A stretch of 64,000 nucleotides of DNA from a virus. The notes beneath the pieces are model-generated. The model searched no databases. It saw only the letters and a list, made by a program, of their open reading frames with translations, and had not been told where the DNA came from. Positions 28,154 to 37,426 of this stretch are shown here, piece after piece. Numbering within the stretch: position 1 is the first letter of the stretch; the number at the start of each line of letters is the position of its first letter. A program made the translations under genes and the position numbers. The stretch is from positions 46,838 through 110,837 of the IMG/VR virus record IMGVR_UViG_2706795428_000001; one strand, given 5' to 3'.

Positions 28154-28566
28154 ATTGAAGAACGGTTTGTAGAACTTCCAGATTAAGGAGGAGTGGTACA
28201 TGTTTACTCAAAAAGAATGGGAAGAATATCAATTTCTAAAGATGGCAATTCAACATGTTATTGAGGAAGGTTCTGGAACTAAACGGTATTCTTCAGGCAA
28301 TGATTATGTGATTGTTGGTAGAGAACGTTTTATGGAATTGATTATTCTAGAAGAAAAAATTAAAAACATTTAATATAATTTTTGTAACTTTCTGCTTTAC
28401 AAAAAATCTGAAGTCTGTATAATAGAGCGTAGCGATTTCGCCTTTCAAAAGGCTTCAGACTTTTGAAAGCCTTTACTTACTTTCAAGTCTTTTCTTACAA
28501 AGTTGTAATGGCTTTCTTCAGTCACTTCGTTCCTTCAGAAAGTGTTGCTTTCCAAAGCATCAAACT

Positions 28567-29112
28567 TTAATGTTTGGTTATTGTTTCATTTGGAGTAGAA
28601 AGTAAAGCAATCAATTCGGTAACGCTTTTGGCTCGATTTTGAATGGTTTTCTTTACAACTTCTTTCTCAATTTCTGGATCATCCTCTAGAAGAAATTTAG
28701 CAATGTTATTTTCTTGTTCCATTTCTTCGTAGTTATATTCATCATTTGGATAGAGTTCTTCAATACGATCAAAGAACATTTCATCAAAATCGTAGTCTGT
28801 ATCAGACATCATCGAAATTGCTTGACGATGAATTTTGACAGTTCCTTCAAATGATCCTTGAGCATATCTTAGAAGAATTGTTCGCATACCTTCTGCAAGG
28901 ATATCTCCATTGTCGTCTGCAATCTGAACAGGATTGTAAAGAACCATCATTGGAAATTTCACTCGAATTGCTTCTGGATCAATTTCAGGAACATCATAAA
29001 CTAATCCTGTAATGATCTTTCCAGAATTCAATTCGATGATTTTCACACAAGGTTCGAATTCCTCATCGAAAAGAAATTCGTTTTCGTCATCGGAGAAAGT
29101 TTCGTCTGACAT
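28567..29112 (-). CDS. acidic hypothetical protein, late-expressed
   Basis: Start MSDETF with SD; CTAAGTA late-type box at 29140-29146. Confidence 0.6.
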   Translation of the reverse strand: MSDETFSDDENEFLFDEEFEPCVKIIELNSGKIITGLVYDVPEIDPEAIRVKFPMMVLYNPVQIADDNGDILAEGMRTILLRYAQGSFEGTVKIHRQAISMMSDTDYDFDEMFFDRIEELYPNDEYNYEEMEQENNIAKFLLEDDPEIEKEVVKKTIQNRAKSVTELIALLSTPNETITKH

Positions 29113-29152
29113 TTTGCTACTCCTTGTATGATACAAATTTACTTAGATTGGC

Positions 29153-29181
29153 TTTACTTTCTTTTCAGAACGTTTTAGAGT
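29153..29181 (+). promoter_or_regulatory. early promoter
   Basis: TTTACT-N17-TAGAGT plus shared leader. Confidence 0.75.
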
Positions 29182-29214
29182 TCATTATAAGGTTTGAAAC
29201 GAAGGAGAAATTAA

Positions 29215-29496
29215 ATGACTATCAAGACTTTTGGTAAATTGACTGTCAAGAATCCTCAACGTCCCGAACAAGGACCGACGGTTCTAACCTTTGTCAACGA
29301 TTGTGAACAATATGATACAATGGTAGCTCTTCGTAATAAGGGTTATGAAATCGTCGACAATTTCTTTGGATATAAGATTTTCCGTAATAGTAAGGATGCC
29401 ATTGATACTGCTGAAGCTTTCCTTGGTGAAATTAAGAAGGGGGGTGATCATGACAAAGCTTACCGATCAAGAAGATATTGCTTTTCTGGGCCCTGA
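29215..29496 (+). CDS. early hypothetical protein
   Basis: Strong SD. Confidence 0.6.
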   Translation: MTIKTFGKLTVKNPQRPEQGPTVLTFVNDCEQYDTMVALRNKGYEIVDNFFGYKIFRNSKDAIDTAEAFLGEIKKGGDHDKAYRSRRYCFSGP

Positions 29497-29704
29497 ACAG
29501 ATGGAAGCAGATATCAAAGCTTCTGAGATTGAATGTATCTGGAAGCCTCTTGCCGAAAAGAACGGTTGGGTTTATTCTGAATCCCATAAGGGATTCATCA
29601 GACAACCTGAATATTATGTAGAAGGTCGAACGGCCGAAGAAGCGTGCTATATTTCAGGATATTCCGATATTTTAGAAGCAATTGAGGCATTGTATAATGA
29701 ATGA
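29450..29704 (+). CDS. early hypothetical protein
   Basis: Start MTKLTDQE. Confidence 0.55.
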   Translation: MTKLTDQEDIAFLGPEQMEADIKASEIECIWKPLAEKNGWVYSESHKGFIRQPEYYVEGRTAEEACYISGYSDILEAIEALYNE

Positions 29705-29948
29705 AAAACTTAGAGTTTATGCAGTAACGGAAACCCTTCCAAAACAAAAGGGTTATCTTGATAACGAAAAGATTCGTAAACAGTATCTCCAAAAGAAAGG
29801 TTTATTTGGTTGGATTACCATTGATGAAGAAACTGTTCCGGATTGGGCAGTGATTAGTCTTGGATGTTTCGGTGATACTGGTGGATGGGTTTCGAAATTT
29901 GCAAAGTATGGTTCTTTTGGTAGAGACGGACTGATTACTTCAAAGTAA
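29697..29948 (+). CDS. early hypothetical protein
   Basis: Coupled ORF. Confidence 0.55.
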   Translation: MNEKLRVYAVTETLPKQKGYLDNEKIRKQYLQKKGLFGWITIDEETVPDWAVISLGCFGDTGGWVSKFAKYGSFGRDGLITSK

Positions 29949-31401
29949 TTCTATACATCTTGTAATTGAATTTCTCTTCGATGTAGATTTTGATTCTTTC
30001 AATGAGATGGTTCAGAGTATGATTCTTTGAACCTTTCCATGAAAGATCGTCTGCAATGTCAAAGAAAGTCGATGAAGTCTTTCCGGAAGCCAATCGAAGA
30101 GCTCGACCAATCGATTGAAGATTGATGATCTTTCCTTTGTTTGGATGAGCCGAAATAAGATTGTGGAGTTTCTTTGTATTCGATCCCGTCGACATTGTCC
30201 CTTTCGACCCGACAATGATTGCATCATCTTCTTCTTCGATGATCTTTCGAATGTACTCACGATCCTCTTTCTCAGTTCCTCCATTAACGAAGTAAACGTT
30301 TCGCCCTTCTTTCACAGAAGATTTGAGTTGCTCATAGAGATATTTCCCATGATCATTGATTCTGAAAAGGATTAGAGAGTTTCCTTGAAGAGACAATCCA
30401 AGATTGACAATGAATTTGTTTCTTGATGGAGAATTGATAAGAAACTTGATTTCATCTTGATAGGTTTTTTTGTGAAGAGCTTTCCTTGATTCTTCAGGAT
30501 GTTCGAGGACAAGGCATTTGATTTTTAAATCAGCGACAAATCCCTGATCCATTAACTCGGCAGTCGTGATGACTTTGTGAATCTTTCCGAACATTCCTGT
30601 CAGGGCCATTTCGGAAGTTTTGGAATCTGTCAAAGTGCCAGTCAAACCAAAACGATTTGGAGCTTCAAGGCATTTGTCCATGGTTGAAGTGATTGATTTC
30701 GCTTCTCCAAGATGAACTTCATCAACCATGACAAGCTGATATTGATCGAAGTAATACTTGTCTTGTTTCACTAGAGAATGATACGTCGAAATTGTGATAT
30801 CGACTTCGGCAGATTTCGCAACTCCTGAAGTGATTTGATGAATTCTTTCCTTGTATCCATAGTCTCTGAAATCTCCAGACATCTGAGCGACCAGAGCAAT
30901 GGTTGGAACAATGACAAGACATTTTGAACCCATTACATCGATGTAATAGCGACAAATCAAATATTGTAGAAGACTTTTGCCCGAACTTGTTGGGGCAAGT
31001 TGAATAGATCTTCCTTCGCGAATACATGTCACAAAAGCTTTGATTTGATAATCTCTTGGAGTATATTTCTCAGGAATGTTTAGAGTCTTGATGAAATCTT
31101 CTGCTTCTTTTACAGAAAATTCTGTATATCCAAAAGAACCATCTTGAGAGATTGAATAATCTCTATTCTTTGCAAATTTCAGAACTTCATGAATAAGTCC
31201 TGCTCGAATTGTATGATCCTTGAGCCGAAATTCGTAAAGTTTACCATTCCATCCACGATATTTGTATGCAGGACTCCAAGCATAGTTGGGAGCAAAATAT
31301 GAGAAATGTTCATGGAGTTCTTGAGCAATTCCTTGATCACAATCAATGATTGCATGAACATTATTGAGTTTGCGAATATGAATATCAGATGTTTGCGGCA
31401 T
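29935..31401 (-). CDS. uvsW: UvsW SF2 DNA helicase
   Basis: PRDYQ, APTSSGKS, VDEVH, GLTGT, QSIGRALR. Confidence 0.95.
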   Translation of the reverse strand: MPQTSDIHIRKLNNVHAIIDCDQGIAQELHEHFSYFAPNYAWSPAYKYRGWNGKLYEFRLKDHTIRAGLIHEVLKFAKNRDYSISQDGSFGYTEFSVKEAEDFIKTLNIPEKYTPRDYQIKAFVTCIREGRSIQLAPTSSGKSLLQYLICRYYIDVMGSKCLVIVPTIALVAQMSGDFRDYGYKERIHQITSGVAKSAEVDITISTYHSLVKQDKYYFDQYQLVMVDEVHLGEAKSITSTMDKCLEAPNRFGLTGTLTDSKTSEMALTGMFGKIHKVITTAELMDQGFVADLKIKCLVLEHPEESRKALHKKTYQDEIKFLINSPSRNKFIVNLGLSLQGNSLILFRINDHGKYLYEQLKSSVKEGRNVYFVNGGTEKEDREYIRKIIEEEDDAIIVGSKGTMSTGSNTKKLHNLISAHPNKGKIINLQSIGRALRLASGKTSSTFFDIADDLSWKGSKNHTLNHLIERIKIYIEEKFNYKMYRITLK

Positions 31402-31437
31402 GTTTCAAAATATTTTCGTCGTATGATTGTTTTCTCC

Positions 31438-31466
31438 TTTACTTAATGAGCTGTTGAGGTTAGAGT
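31438..31466 (+). promoter_or_regulatory. early promoter
   Basis: TTTACT-N17-TAGAGT. Confidence 0.75.
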
Positions 31467-31520
31467 TCATTATAACAAGTGAAACGAGCTCACTAAGGTT
31501 TGAAGTGAAGGAGAAATCAA

Positions 31521-31754
31521 ATGGTTCGCAAAAATAAGAATCTGGTTACGGAAACTGAATTTGCTCGTCTGATCTCTGGTAATATCGTTCGGATCTATTC
31601 CATGAATGGTAAGTGTAAGATGGAATATGATCGCTCGAATCGTCAAATTGTTATGGAGAACATCAGTTCCGTATCCAAAGATATGGCGATTCTCTCGTAT
31701 GATCATACGAATCTTGATCGCCTGAATGCTCACTGGATCGGCTTTATCGGTTAA
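31521..31754 (+). CDS. early hypothetical protein
   Basis: Strong SD. Confidence 0.6.
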   Translation: MVRKNKNLVTETEFARLISGNIVRIYSMNGKCKMEYDRSNRQIVMENISSVSKDMAILSYDHTNLDRLNAHWIGFIG

Positions 31755-31768
31755 AAGGAGAATTAATC

Positions 31769-31966
31769 ATGAAAGATTACAGCCAATATAGCAATGATCC
31801 TATGGATCTCGATAATCGTTTCTTCAATGAAGGATATGATGCCGAACTTCGAGGTGATCCTGACCGTCAATGTCCTTATCCTTCAACTTCTGATCAAGGA
31901 AAGGAATGGTATCGAGGATATCTAGAGGCAAATTGGGATCGCGAACAACATCGCGATGAATATTGA
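31769..31966 (+). CDS. small protein with a ribosome modulation factor-like motif
   Basis: FNEGYDA..RG....QCPY......EWYRGY.EA. Confidence 0.45.
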   Translation: MKDYSQYSNDPMDLDNRFFNEGYDAELRGDPDRQCPYPSTSDQGKEWYRGYLEANWDREQHRDEY

Positions 31967-31972
31967 GGAGAA

Positions 31973-32362
31973 TTGAATATGGTACAACGCATTATCAGAG
32001 AAATTGAAATTTTTCAAACTTCAGATGGTAAAGAATTCAATAACAGTAAGGATGCTATTACACATCAAGTTGAAATCGACAAAACTCCTGAACAACGGGC
32101 TATTGACGATTTCCTTAATTCATATTGTTACAAAGGTCTGAAACAACAAGGATATGATCTCCAAACTTTTGGTATTTGGGAAGTTCGAGGAGAAGATTCC
32201 AATGCTGATTTCGGTGGTTGTCATCACGAACCTTATCTTGGAACTGTTCAAGGAACCATGTCTCAGGCTCTTAAATGGGGTATGAAACAAAAGAAGTGGT
32301 TTTCTTATGGTTCTGGTGGTTCGCTAAGGAAAATCGAAATCATTTCATTGAAAAATGAATAA
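31973..32362 (+). CDS. early hypothetical protein
   Basis: SD GAGGAG. Confidence 0.6.
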   Translation: MNMVQRIIREIEIFQTSDGKEFNNSKDAITHQVEIDKTPEQRAIDDFLNSYCYKGLKQQGYDLQTFGIWEVRGEDSNADFGGCHHEPYLGTVQGTMSQALKWGMKQKKWFSYGSGGSLRKIEIISLKNE

Positions 32363-32365
32363 AAC

Positions 32366-32394
32366 AAAAAGGCTCCCAATTTGGGAGCCTTTTT
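32366..32394. terminator. bidirectional intrinsic terminator
   Basis: AAAAAGGCTCCC-AATTT-GGGAGCCTTTTT between convergent genes. Confidence 0.85.
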
Positions 32395-32840
32395 CATGAG
32401 CCGTTTGTAAATCTCAAGAAGTCGATTGCATTTCGTATCGTATTACTTCGATACTTGATTGTATCGATGATTGACTCACAGAAAAGAACTTTCTCTTTCT
32501 GATAAGCAATCTCGAGCATTTTTTTATTCAAGTATTTGTCTGATTCAAGATAACGATTGACGTCTCCTTTTAGGACTTTCTTTCCAAAGTCTCGCCACTC
32601 TTGAGTCCATCCCATTTTTTCAATGGTTTCATCATCTAAGGATGCTGTGTAAAATTCATATCGAAGAGCAGACAATTCCTTAAGATCGATCTCCATCTTT
32701 CTGAGAAGTAATCGTTCTCTGCTGAAAATTGCGAAATACTTTGAGTGAAGTTTTGGAATTTTCGTCGATTCTGTCGCGAGATTATGTTCGTCGATTTCAG
32801 AATCTTCATTCCATTTTTGTTGAATTTCTTCTAATTTCAT
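32394..32840 (-). CDS. uvsY: recombination mediator UvsY
   Basis: MKLEEIQQKW.EDSEID...LATES.KIPKLHSKY...IRNAIDF.RF..G. Confidence 0.9.
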   Translation of the reverse strand: MKLEEIQQKWNEDSEIDEHNLATESTKIPKLHSKYFAIFSRERLLLRKMEIDLKELSALRYEFYTASLDDETIEKMGWTQEWRDFGKKVLKGDVNRYLESDKYLNKKMLEIAYQKEKVLFCESIIDTIKYRSNTIRNAIDFLRFTNGS

Positions 32841-32842
32841 GC

Positions 32843-32872
32843 TTTACTTCTATTATGATAAAAGGTTAGAGT
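32843..32872 (+). promoter_or_regulatory. early promoter
   Basis: TTTACT-N18-TAGAGT plus shared leader. Confidence 0.7.
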
Positions 32873-32932
32873 TCATTATTGGGTTGGTTGAAACGAGTTC
32901 ACTAAGGTTTAGTTGAACGAAGGAGAAATAAA

Positions 32933-33100
32933 ATGGAAAAGATTTCTTATGAAGTTTCTCAATCGAAGTATTGCTCAACCTATTCTTGGGTTGTTCTTGC
33001 TCCTGTTGGATATCTCAATCGTTGTAAAGGACGTTATGCTACTAAAGCCGAAGCTCATCGCAGAGCACGATATCTGACGAATAAAAATAATCACTCCTGA
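32933..33100 (+). CDS. small early hypothetical protein (55 aa)
   Basis: Hand-translated MEKISYEV...; strong SD. Confidence 0.55.
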   Translation: MEKISYEVSQSKYCSTYSWVVLAPVGYLNRCKGRYATKAEAHRRARYLTNKNNHS

Positions 33101-33579
33101 TTTCGTTCGAAACGAAACTTAGTGAACTTCATTGTCAGGAGACAATCGAGATACTGAACTCCAGCAGCATCAGTATTCATCTGAAATCCTGAAAGACCAA
33201 CAGGAACAAGATCTTCAAAGAAGAATGTGCATGTTTTCGAGAATTGAGCATTCAAGAAAGCAAGCGAACCATTCCCTTTCAAGGTCTTGTTCTTTTCTTG
33301 GAAAGCTTTCCTTTGATCATATGAATCCGGGAATGTCGCTGCTTCAATCCACCGAAATGCTTCTTCGTAGTTTCTGAGTTCTTTGTCGATTTTGAACCGA
33401 ACTGAGATTCCATCGAAATCGACATGATCAGACGTCTGAGAGAGTGTTACAAATGGTGTTGGAGTGTTAGTCCAGCCAATTGACATTCCAGGAACATTGA
33501 CCTGTTGGACAAAGTCTGAGACTGTTGGAAGAAGATCACATTGGAATTGAAAACCAAGTGGCGAAAGAAAATCTGTCAT
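33091..33579 (-). CDS. 3: tail completion / sheath stabilizer (T4 gp3-like)
   Basis: FLSPLGFQF...VQQVNVPG...ISVRFKIDKELRNYEE...WI. Confidence 0.8.
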   Translation of the reverse strand: MTDFLSPLGFQFQCDLLPTVSDFVQQVNVPGMSIGWTNTPTPFVTLSQTSDHVDFDGISVRFKIDKELRNYEEAFRWIEAATFPDSYDQRKAFQEKNKTLKGNGSLAFLNAQFSKTCTFFFEDLVPVGLSGFQMNTDAAGVQYLDCLLTMKFTKFRFERNQE

Positions 33580-33836
33580 TCAGTAGCTTCTTTGTTGATG
33601 AATGCTTCGATTGACTTATATCGTTTGCCATCAAGAGTATGAACAGAAGCATCACGATTCATTCCGAAAGCTTTCCAGTATGCTTGAGAGGATTCTGAAT
33701 GATTTGTCAGGACTTCGAAAGATGCTACCTCATAAGGTGCTACTTTTCTTCCATTTGAAAGCTTGTAGGATCCTCTTGTAAAATAGTTTCCTTCATGTTC
33801 TTGCCAGTAGGTTTCTGAAATTGCTTGTTCGTCCAT
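33576..33836 (-). CDS. hypothetical protein
   Basis: Coupled ORF. Confidence 0.5.
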   Translation of the reverse strand: MDEQAISETYWQEHEGNYFTRGSYKLSNGRKVAPYEVASFEVLTNHSESSQAYWKAFGMNRDASVHTLDGKRYKSIEAFINKEATE

Positions 33837-33915
33837 TTGGAACGATCCTTTTGATTTGTTTGAGAAGAATTCTTTATACCTTAGAATTTATCGAAAAGAA
33901 AGTTCAAAGATTCGC

Positions 33916-33944
33916 TTTACTTTCATTATTGTTCAGGGTATATT
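33916..33944 (+). promoter_or_regulatory. early promoter
   Basis: TTTACT-N17-TATATT plus GAAACGAAGGAGAAAT leader. Confidence 0.7.
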
Positions 33945-33977
33945 TCATTATAGCGAGTGAAACGAAGGAGAAATCAA

Positions 33978-34250
33978 ATGGCTCTCAAGATTACGAAAAT
34001 TTATGATGTTCGTAATACTAACAGGAATCTTGATTATTCGGTCGATGAATTCGTTTCGGAAATGGTTCAAGAGGCCGCTTATGAATATTCGGACGATGCT
34101 CTTGCACGAGCACATGATCGTATCGAATTTCTTTCGAAGACTTTGGGTAAATTGGTTGATATTCTCCCGATCGATGATGATAAGAAAATCGCTTTCCTGG
34201 AGGAAATGATACCTTATCGTGTGACTGGTTTTAAGATCGAAAAGGAATAA
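33978..34250 (+). CDS. early hypothetical protein
   Basis: Start MALKITK after SD. Confidence 0.6.
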   Translation: MALKITKIYDVRNTNRNLDYSVDEFVSEMVQEAAYEYSDDALARAHDRIEFLSKTLGKLVDILPIDDDKKIAFLEEMIPYRVTGFKIEKE

Positions 34251-34296
34251 AGAACTTTACTTCCTATCGAAATAAGGTAAAGTGAAATTCTATTGT

Positions 34297-34455
34297 GATC
34301 CAATGGCGGAATTGGTAGACGCGACAGACGGGAACAAGTGAAGGTTGATATCTTCATAGATCAGATTAATTTCTGAGAGTGCAAATCTCAAAGTTCCAAA
34401 AATCAAAATCTGTTGTCCTAGTGACGTGTCGGTTCGAGTCCGACTTGGATTACCA
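34297..34455 (+). tRNA. tRNA-Leu(CAA), type II, with a 73-nt insertion in the anticodon loop
   Basis: Acceptor GATCCAA/TTGGATT, A73, CCA; D-arm GCGGAATTGGTAGACGC; anticodon stem ACAGA/TCTGT; variable stem GTC/GAC; T-arm GTCGG-TTCGAGT-CCGAC. Confidence 0.85.
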
Positions 34456-34481
34456 CTACTTTAAGTTTAGGAGAAATCATT

Positions 34482-34694
34482 ATGAAATTTGCAATTGGTC
34501 AACGAGTTCGTATCACGAAACTTTATCCTGACTATGCTTTTCGTGGAGTAACTGGCACTGTCACAGGAGTCGATGAAACTTCGACGTATCCTTACATGAT
34601 GTCTCTCGACGAAACTGTTCGGAATTTCCAACTTGGTTTTGATTACCTCCAACATGTCAAGGAAGAAGAGCTGGAAGCAATCGATGAAAAGTAA
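34482..34694 (+). CDS. small KOW/SH3-like hypothetical protein
   Basis: FAIGQRVRI...G.TGTV; SD AGGAG. Confidence 0.55.
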   Translation: MKFAIGQRVRITKLYPDYAFRGVTGTVTGVDETSTYPYMMSLDETVRNFQLGFDYLQHVKEEELEAIDEK

Positions 34695-34872
34695 ACAAAC
34701 ACTCTATTGTTCGTTTTGTGGAAAGAGTCATCGTGAGGTTGAAACTTTGATTGCTTCTGTTAATGCTTTTATTTGTTCTGAATGTGTTGATCTTTGTATG
34801 GAAATTGTTCAAGAACGTCGAAAGAATCTTGATCCATATCGTTGGTATGATCCAATCTCTGGAGAATTTTAA
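34684..34872 (+). CDS. stand-alone ClpX C4-type zinc-binding domain protein
   Basis: [18 protein letters not shown]...[15 protein letters not shown]. Confidence 0.9.
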   Translation: MKSKQTLYCSFCGKSHREVETLIASVNAFICSECVDLCMEIVQERRKNLDPYRWYDPISGEF

Positions 34873-35079
34873 TGAATCGTATGAATGAAACCAACACGCC
34901 GTATGTCGATTATGAGAAATTTCAAGAAATTAATCGCCTTCTTGCACAAGCTGGTAAACTTGCAGATCAACTCACTCAAAATGGTTATACATTAAAGATG
35001 AGTCTTTGGGGGCGAACCTTCTCAAACAATTGAAGGTCGTTTGCAGGGTAATGTTTCTAAAGTATTTCTTTACAAATAA
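34872..35079 (+). CDS. small hypothetical protein with probable +1 G in a homopolymer
   Basis: Frame continues to TAA at 35077-35079 if GGGGG (35008-35012) is read as GGGG. Confidence 0.4.
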
Positions 35080-35120
35080 AGTTTACTTTCGAAACTTCTT
35101 AATTTAAAAATGTTTCAAAC

Positions 35121-35197
35121 GGTCGCATAGCTCAACTGGAGAGAGCACAAGCCTTCTAAGCTTGGGGTTGTAGGTTCGAGTCCTACTGCGATCGCCA
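35121..35197 (+). tRNA. tRNA-Arg(TCT)
   Basis: GGTCGCA/TGCGATC acceptor, anticodon arm CAAGC-CTTCTAA-GCTTG, GTTCGAGT T-loop, CCA. Confidence 0.95.
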
Positions 35198-35397
35198 AAT
35201 TTCATAGAAAGAATTTGATTGTCGAATAAAGTTTACATTGTTTCTAAAACGACAGAGAAAACCAAAGAATTTCATTCTTCTCATGATTGCATTGATTTTG
35301 CGATGCAAGAATGTTCTAAAATGAACTGGATAACTCCTGGTCCTCAAACAACTCGACCAGTTTATACGATTGATGTAATCGAAAAGGAATAGTCAAA

Positions 35398-36027
35398 ATG
35401 CCTACAGGATATACTGCTTCAGTTCAAGATGGAACGGTAACTGATTTCAGAGAATTTGCTTTCAAATGTCTTCGAGGTCTTGGTGTAACAATCACGATGC
35501 GAGACGAACCTTGGAATGCTGAAATTCCAGAACAGTTCGAGCCATCTGATCATCATTTGAAAGAACTCGCTAAAGCAAAGAAAAATCTTACAGAATTTCT
35601 TTCGAAAACTATTCAAGAACTCCAAGAACAACAAAAGACTGAATATGAAAATTCAGTCAAAGCTTATCAAAAAACTTTAGAGACGCAAGAACTTTACCGA
35701 AATCGTTATCAAACAATGCTTGCGAAAGTCGAAGCATGGCAAGTTCCTGAAACTTCTGAAATTCAAGGCGCAAAGAAATTTATGCGAGAACAACTACAAT
35801 CTTCGATCGATTTCGATTGCGGATACTCAGATTACGGGAACCCTCAAGAAGAACTATCTTTTTCAGATTGGATTGAGTCGAAACGAAAATCTCTTGAGTG
35901 GCGAGTTCAATATCATGAGAAAGAATATGCCAATGAAATTGAACGAACCAATGCTCGTAATGCTTTTCTGAAAGAGTTTCGAGAACTCATTGATGCTTCT
36001 GAAGAATATTGGAAGAGTCAAGAATAA
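35398..36027 (+). CDS. conserved phage hypothetical protein (MPTGYT family), coiled coil
   Basis: MPTGYTASVQDG...FREFAFKC.RG.G..I.MRDEP. Confidence 0.7.
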   Translation: MPTGYTASVQDGTVTDFREFAFKCLRGLGVTITMRDEPWNAEIPEQFEPSDHHLKELAKAKKNLTEFLSKTIQELQEQQKTEYENSVKAYQKTLETQELYRNRYQTMLAKVEAWQVPETSEIQGAKKFMREQLQSSIDFDCGYSDYGNPQEELSFSDWIESKRKSLEWRVQYHEKEYANEIERTNARNAFLKEFRELIDASEEYWKSQE

Positions 36028-36227
36028 TGGCATATAATCGACCTCCTCCGGGATCAATGTGTTACTGGAGGTATAATAACTCCAAAGAATGGAAATTTGG
36101 ATATTGTACCTATGTTTCTGGATACGATATGATTCGTCTTGGAAGATGGAATGGTGATGATATTGGAGGACCAGTCGTGAGTATTTCGGATATTGAGTGG
36201 AAAGAATATAAGGATCATTTACGATAA
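36009..36227 (+). CDS. hypothetical protein
   Basis: Coupled ORF. Confidence 0.5.
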   Translation: MEESRIMAYNRPPPGSMCYWRYNNSKEWKFGYCTYVSGYDMIRLGRWNGDDIGGPVVSISDIEWKEYKDHLR

Positions 36228-36421
36228 TGCCATTTGTTCTCAAAGATAATGAAACTGGAAAATATTGGGCCTGTGCTAAAACATATGGTTCATGGAAACT
36301 TGTAGACGATCTTGACAAAGCCAGAATTTACGGGCGTCGTTGTGATGTGAGTAATTCAATTACGTATTCACAAACACCAGATAATGTTGAAATTGTCGAA
36401 GTGAAATTGGTAGAAGTGTGA
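36227..36421 (+). CDS. hypothetical protein
   Basis: TAATG-coupled. Confidence 0.5.
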   Translation: MPFVLKDNETGKYWACAKTYGSWKLVDDLDKARIYGRRCDVSNSITYSQTPDNVEIVEVKLVEV

Positions 36422-36439
36422 ACAAGAGGTAGAATCATA

Positions 36440-36835
36440 ATGCAAAATTTCCAAACAATCAAAACTCTTCTGAGTTATGCAAAAACTCTTGAAAACTTTC
36501 ATAAAAAATATCAGGAAACGTATCTTTCAGATTCTCATTGTGATAAGAAAGATGCATCGTTTGGAAATAATCCAAACTACTGGTGTTTCAAAATCGATAC
36601 CCAGTATTATGCTTATGCAGGATACTATGGTAATTCCAGTGTTGGGAGTATTCTGAGTTTTTATGACAAAGAAAGTGTTCAGAAAGCATTTGTCAAAGCG
36701 ATGAACATTCATCAGAAAGAACTTTTCCAAACTGCTGCGAAAATCCTTCGAGAAGCAGGCGAGAAGCTTAAAACGAAAGCTTTAGATGAACTTGAAGCTG
36801 CTCAGAATCTTTTGAAAGAAATTGAGAATGTTTGA
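36440..36835 (+). CDS. hypothetical protein
   Basis: SD GAGG. Confidence 0.55.
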   Translation: MQNFQTIKTLLSYAKTLENFHKKYQETYLSDSHCDKKDASFGNNPNYWCFKIDTQYYAYAGYYGNSSVGSILSFYDKESVQKAFVKAMNIHQKELFQTAAKILREAGEKLKTKALDELEAAQNLLKEIENV

Positions 36836-37088
36836 GTTCATTGCAATTCTTTCGTTTTTGTTATTCATATTTCTCTGTTTGAGTCATAATATCAAACTCG
36901 GAAAATATAGAATTCGTCAACTCAATGATTCATTCTATCCTCAGTATTTTACAATTGTTGGATGGAGAGATTTTATCGATTGTTATGGAAGAGTTAATTA
37001 CAGTTCTTTAGAGGCTGCTCGAAAATTTCTGGATGACAAGCTTGTTCGAGATCCTCCTGTTGTCGAAACAATCCACGATTATCCATGA
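36822..37088 (+). CDS. small membrane-anchored hypothetical protein
   Basis: N-terminal hydrophobic helix. Confidence 0.5.
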   Translation: MRMFEFIAILSFLLFIFLCLSHNIKLGKYRIRQLNDSFYPQYFTIVGWRDFIDCYGRVNYSSLEAARKFLDDKLVRDPPVVETIHDYP

Positions 37089-37345
37089 TGTCTAGACAAT
37101 ATACCGTTACAAATGAACAACTCATTGATGTTCAAATGAGACGACTTGAAAGGCTTGTTCGAAATCTTCTGATTGACAATAAGAATTTCAAGATCTCTAA
37201 AAATGATCAGATAGGATATTACTTTCGAGAATATCCTTCATCTTTCAGTTATGTTCGTGGTCCACTGAAAGATCATGCTGAATTCATTTTAAATGAAATT
37301 GAGAAAACTCGTGAGTTTTTTATAGAAGTGTTAGTTGAAAATTGA
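37085..37345 (+). CDS. hypothetical protein
   Basis: ATGA-coupled. Confidence 0.5.
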   Translation: MMSRQYTVTNEQLIDVQMRRLERLVRNLLIDNKNFKISKNDQIGYYFREYPSSFSYVRGPLKDHAEFILNEIEKTREFFIEVLVEN

Positions 37346-37426
37346 GTTACTTTGAGTTTACTTTCAGTATGTTTCGGAGTGGATTAAATTATTTAAATTA
37401 TTGATATTCACTAAAAGGATTCGTGT

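Noticed and set aside
34297-34455. tmRNA or group I intron interpretation of the interrupted tRNA
   Set aside because: A full D-arm is present (tmRNA lacks one) and no tag ORF is evident; 73 nt is too short for a group I core
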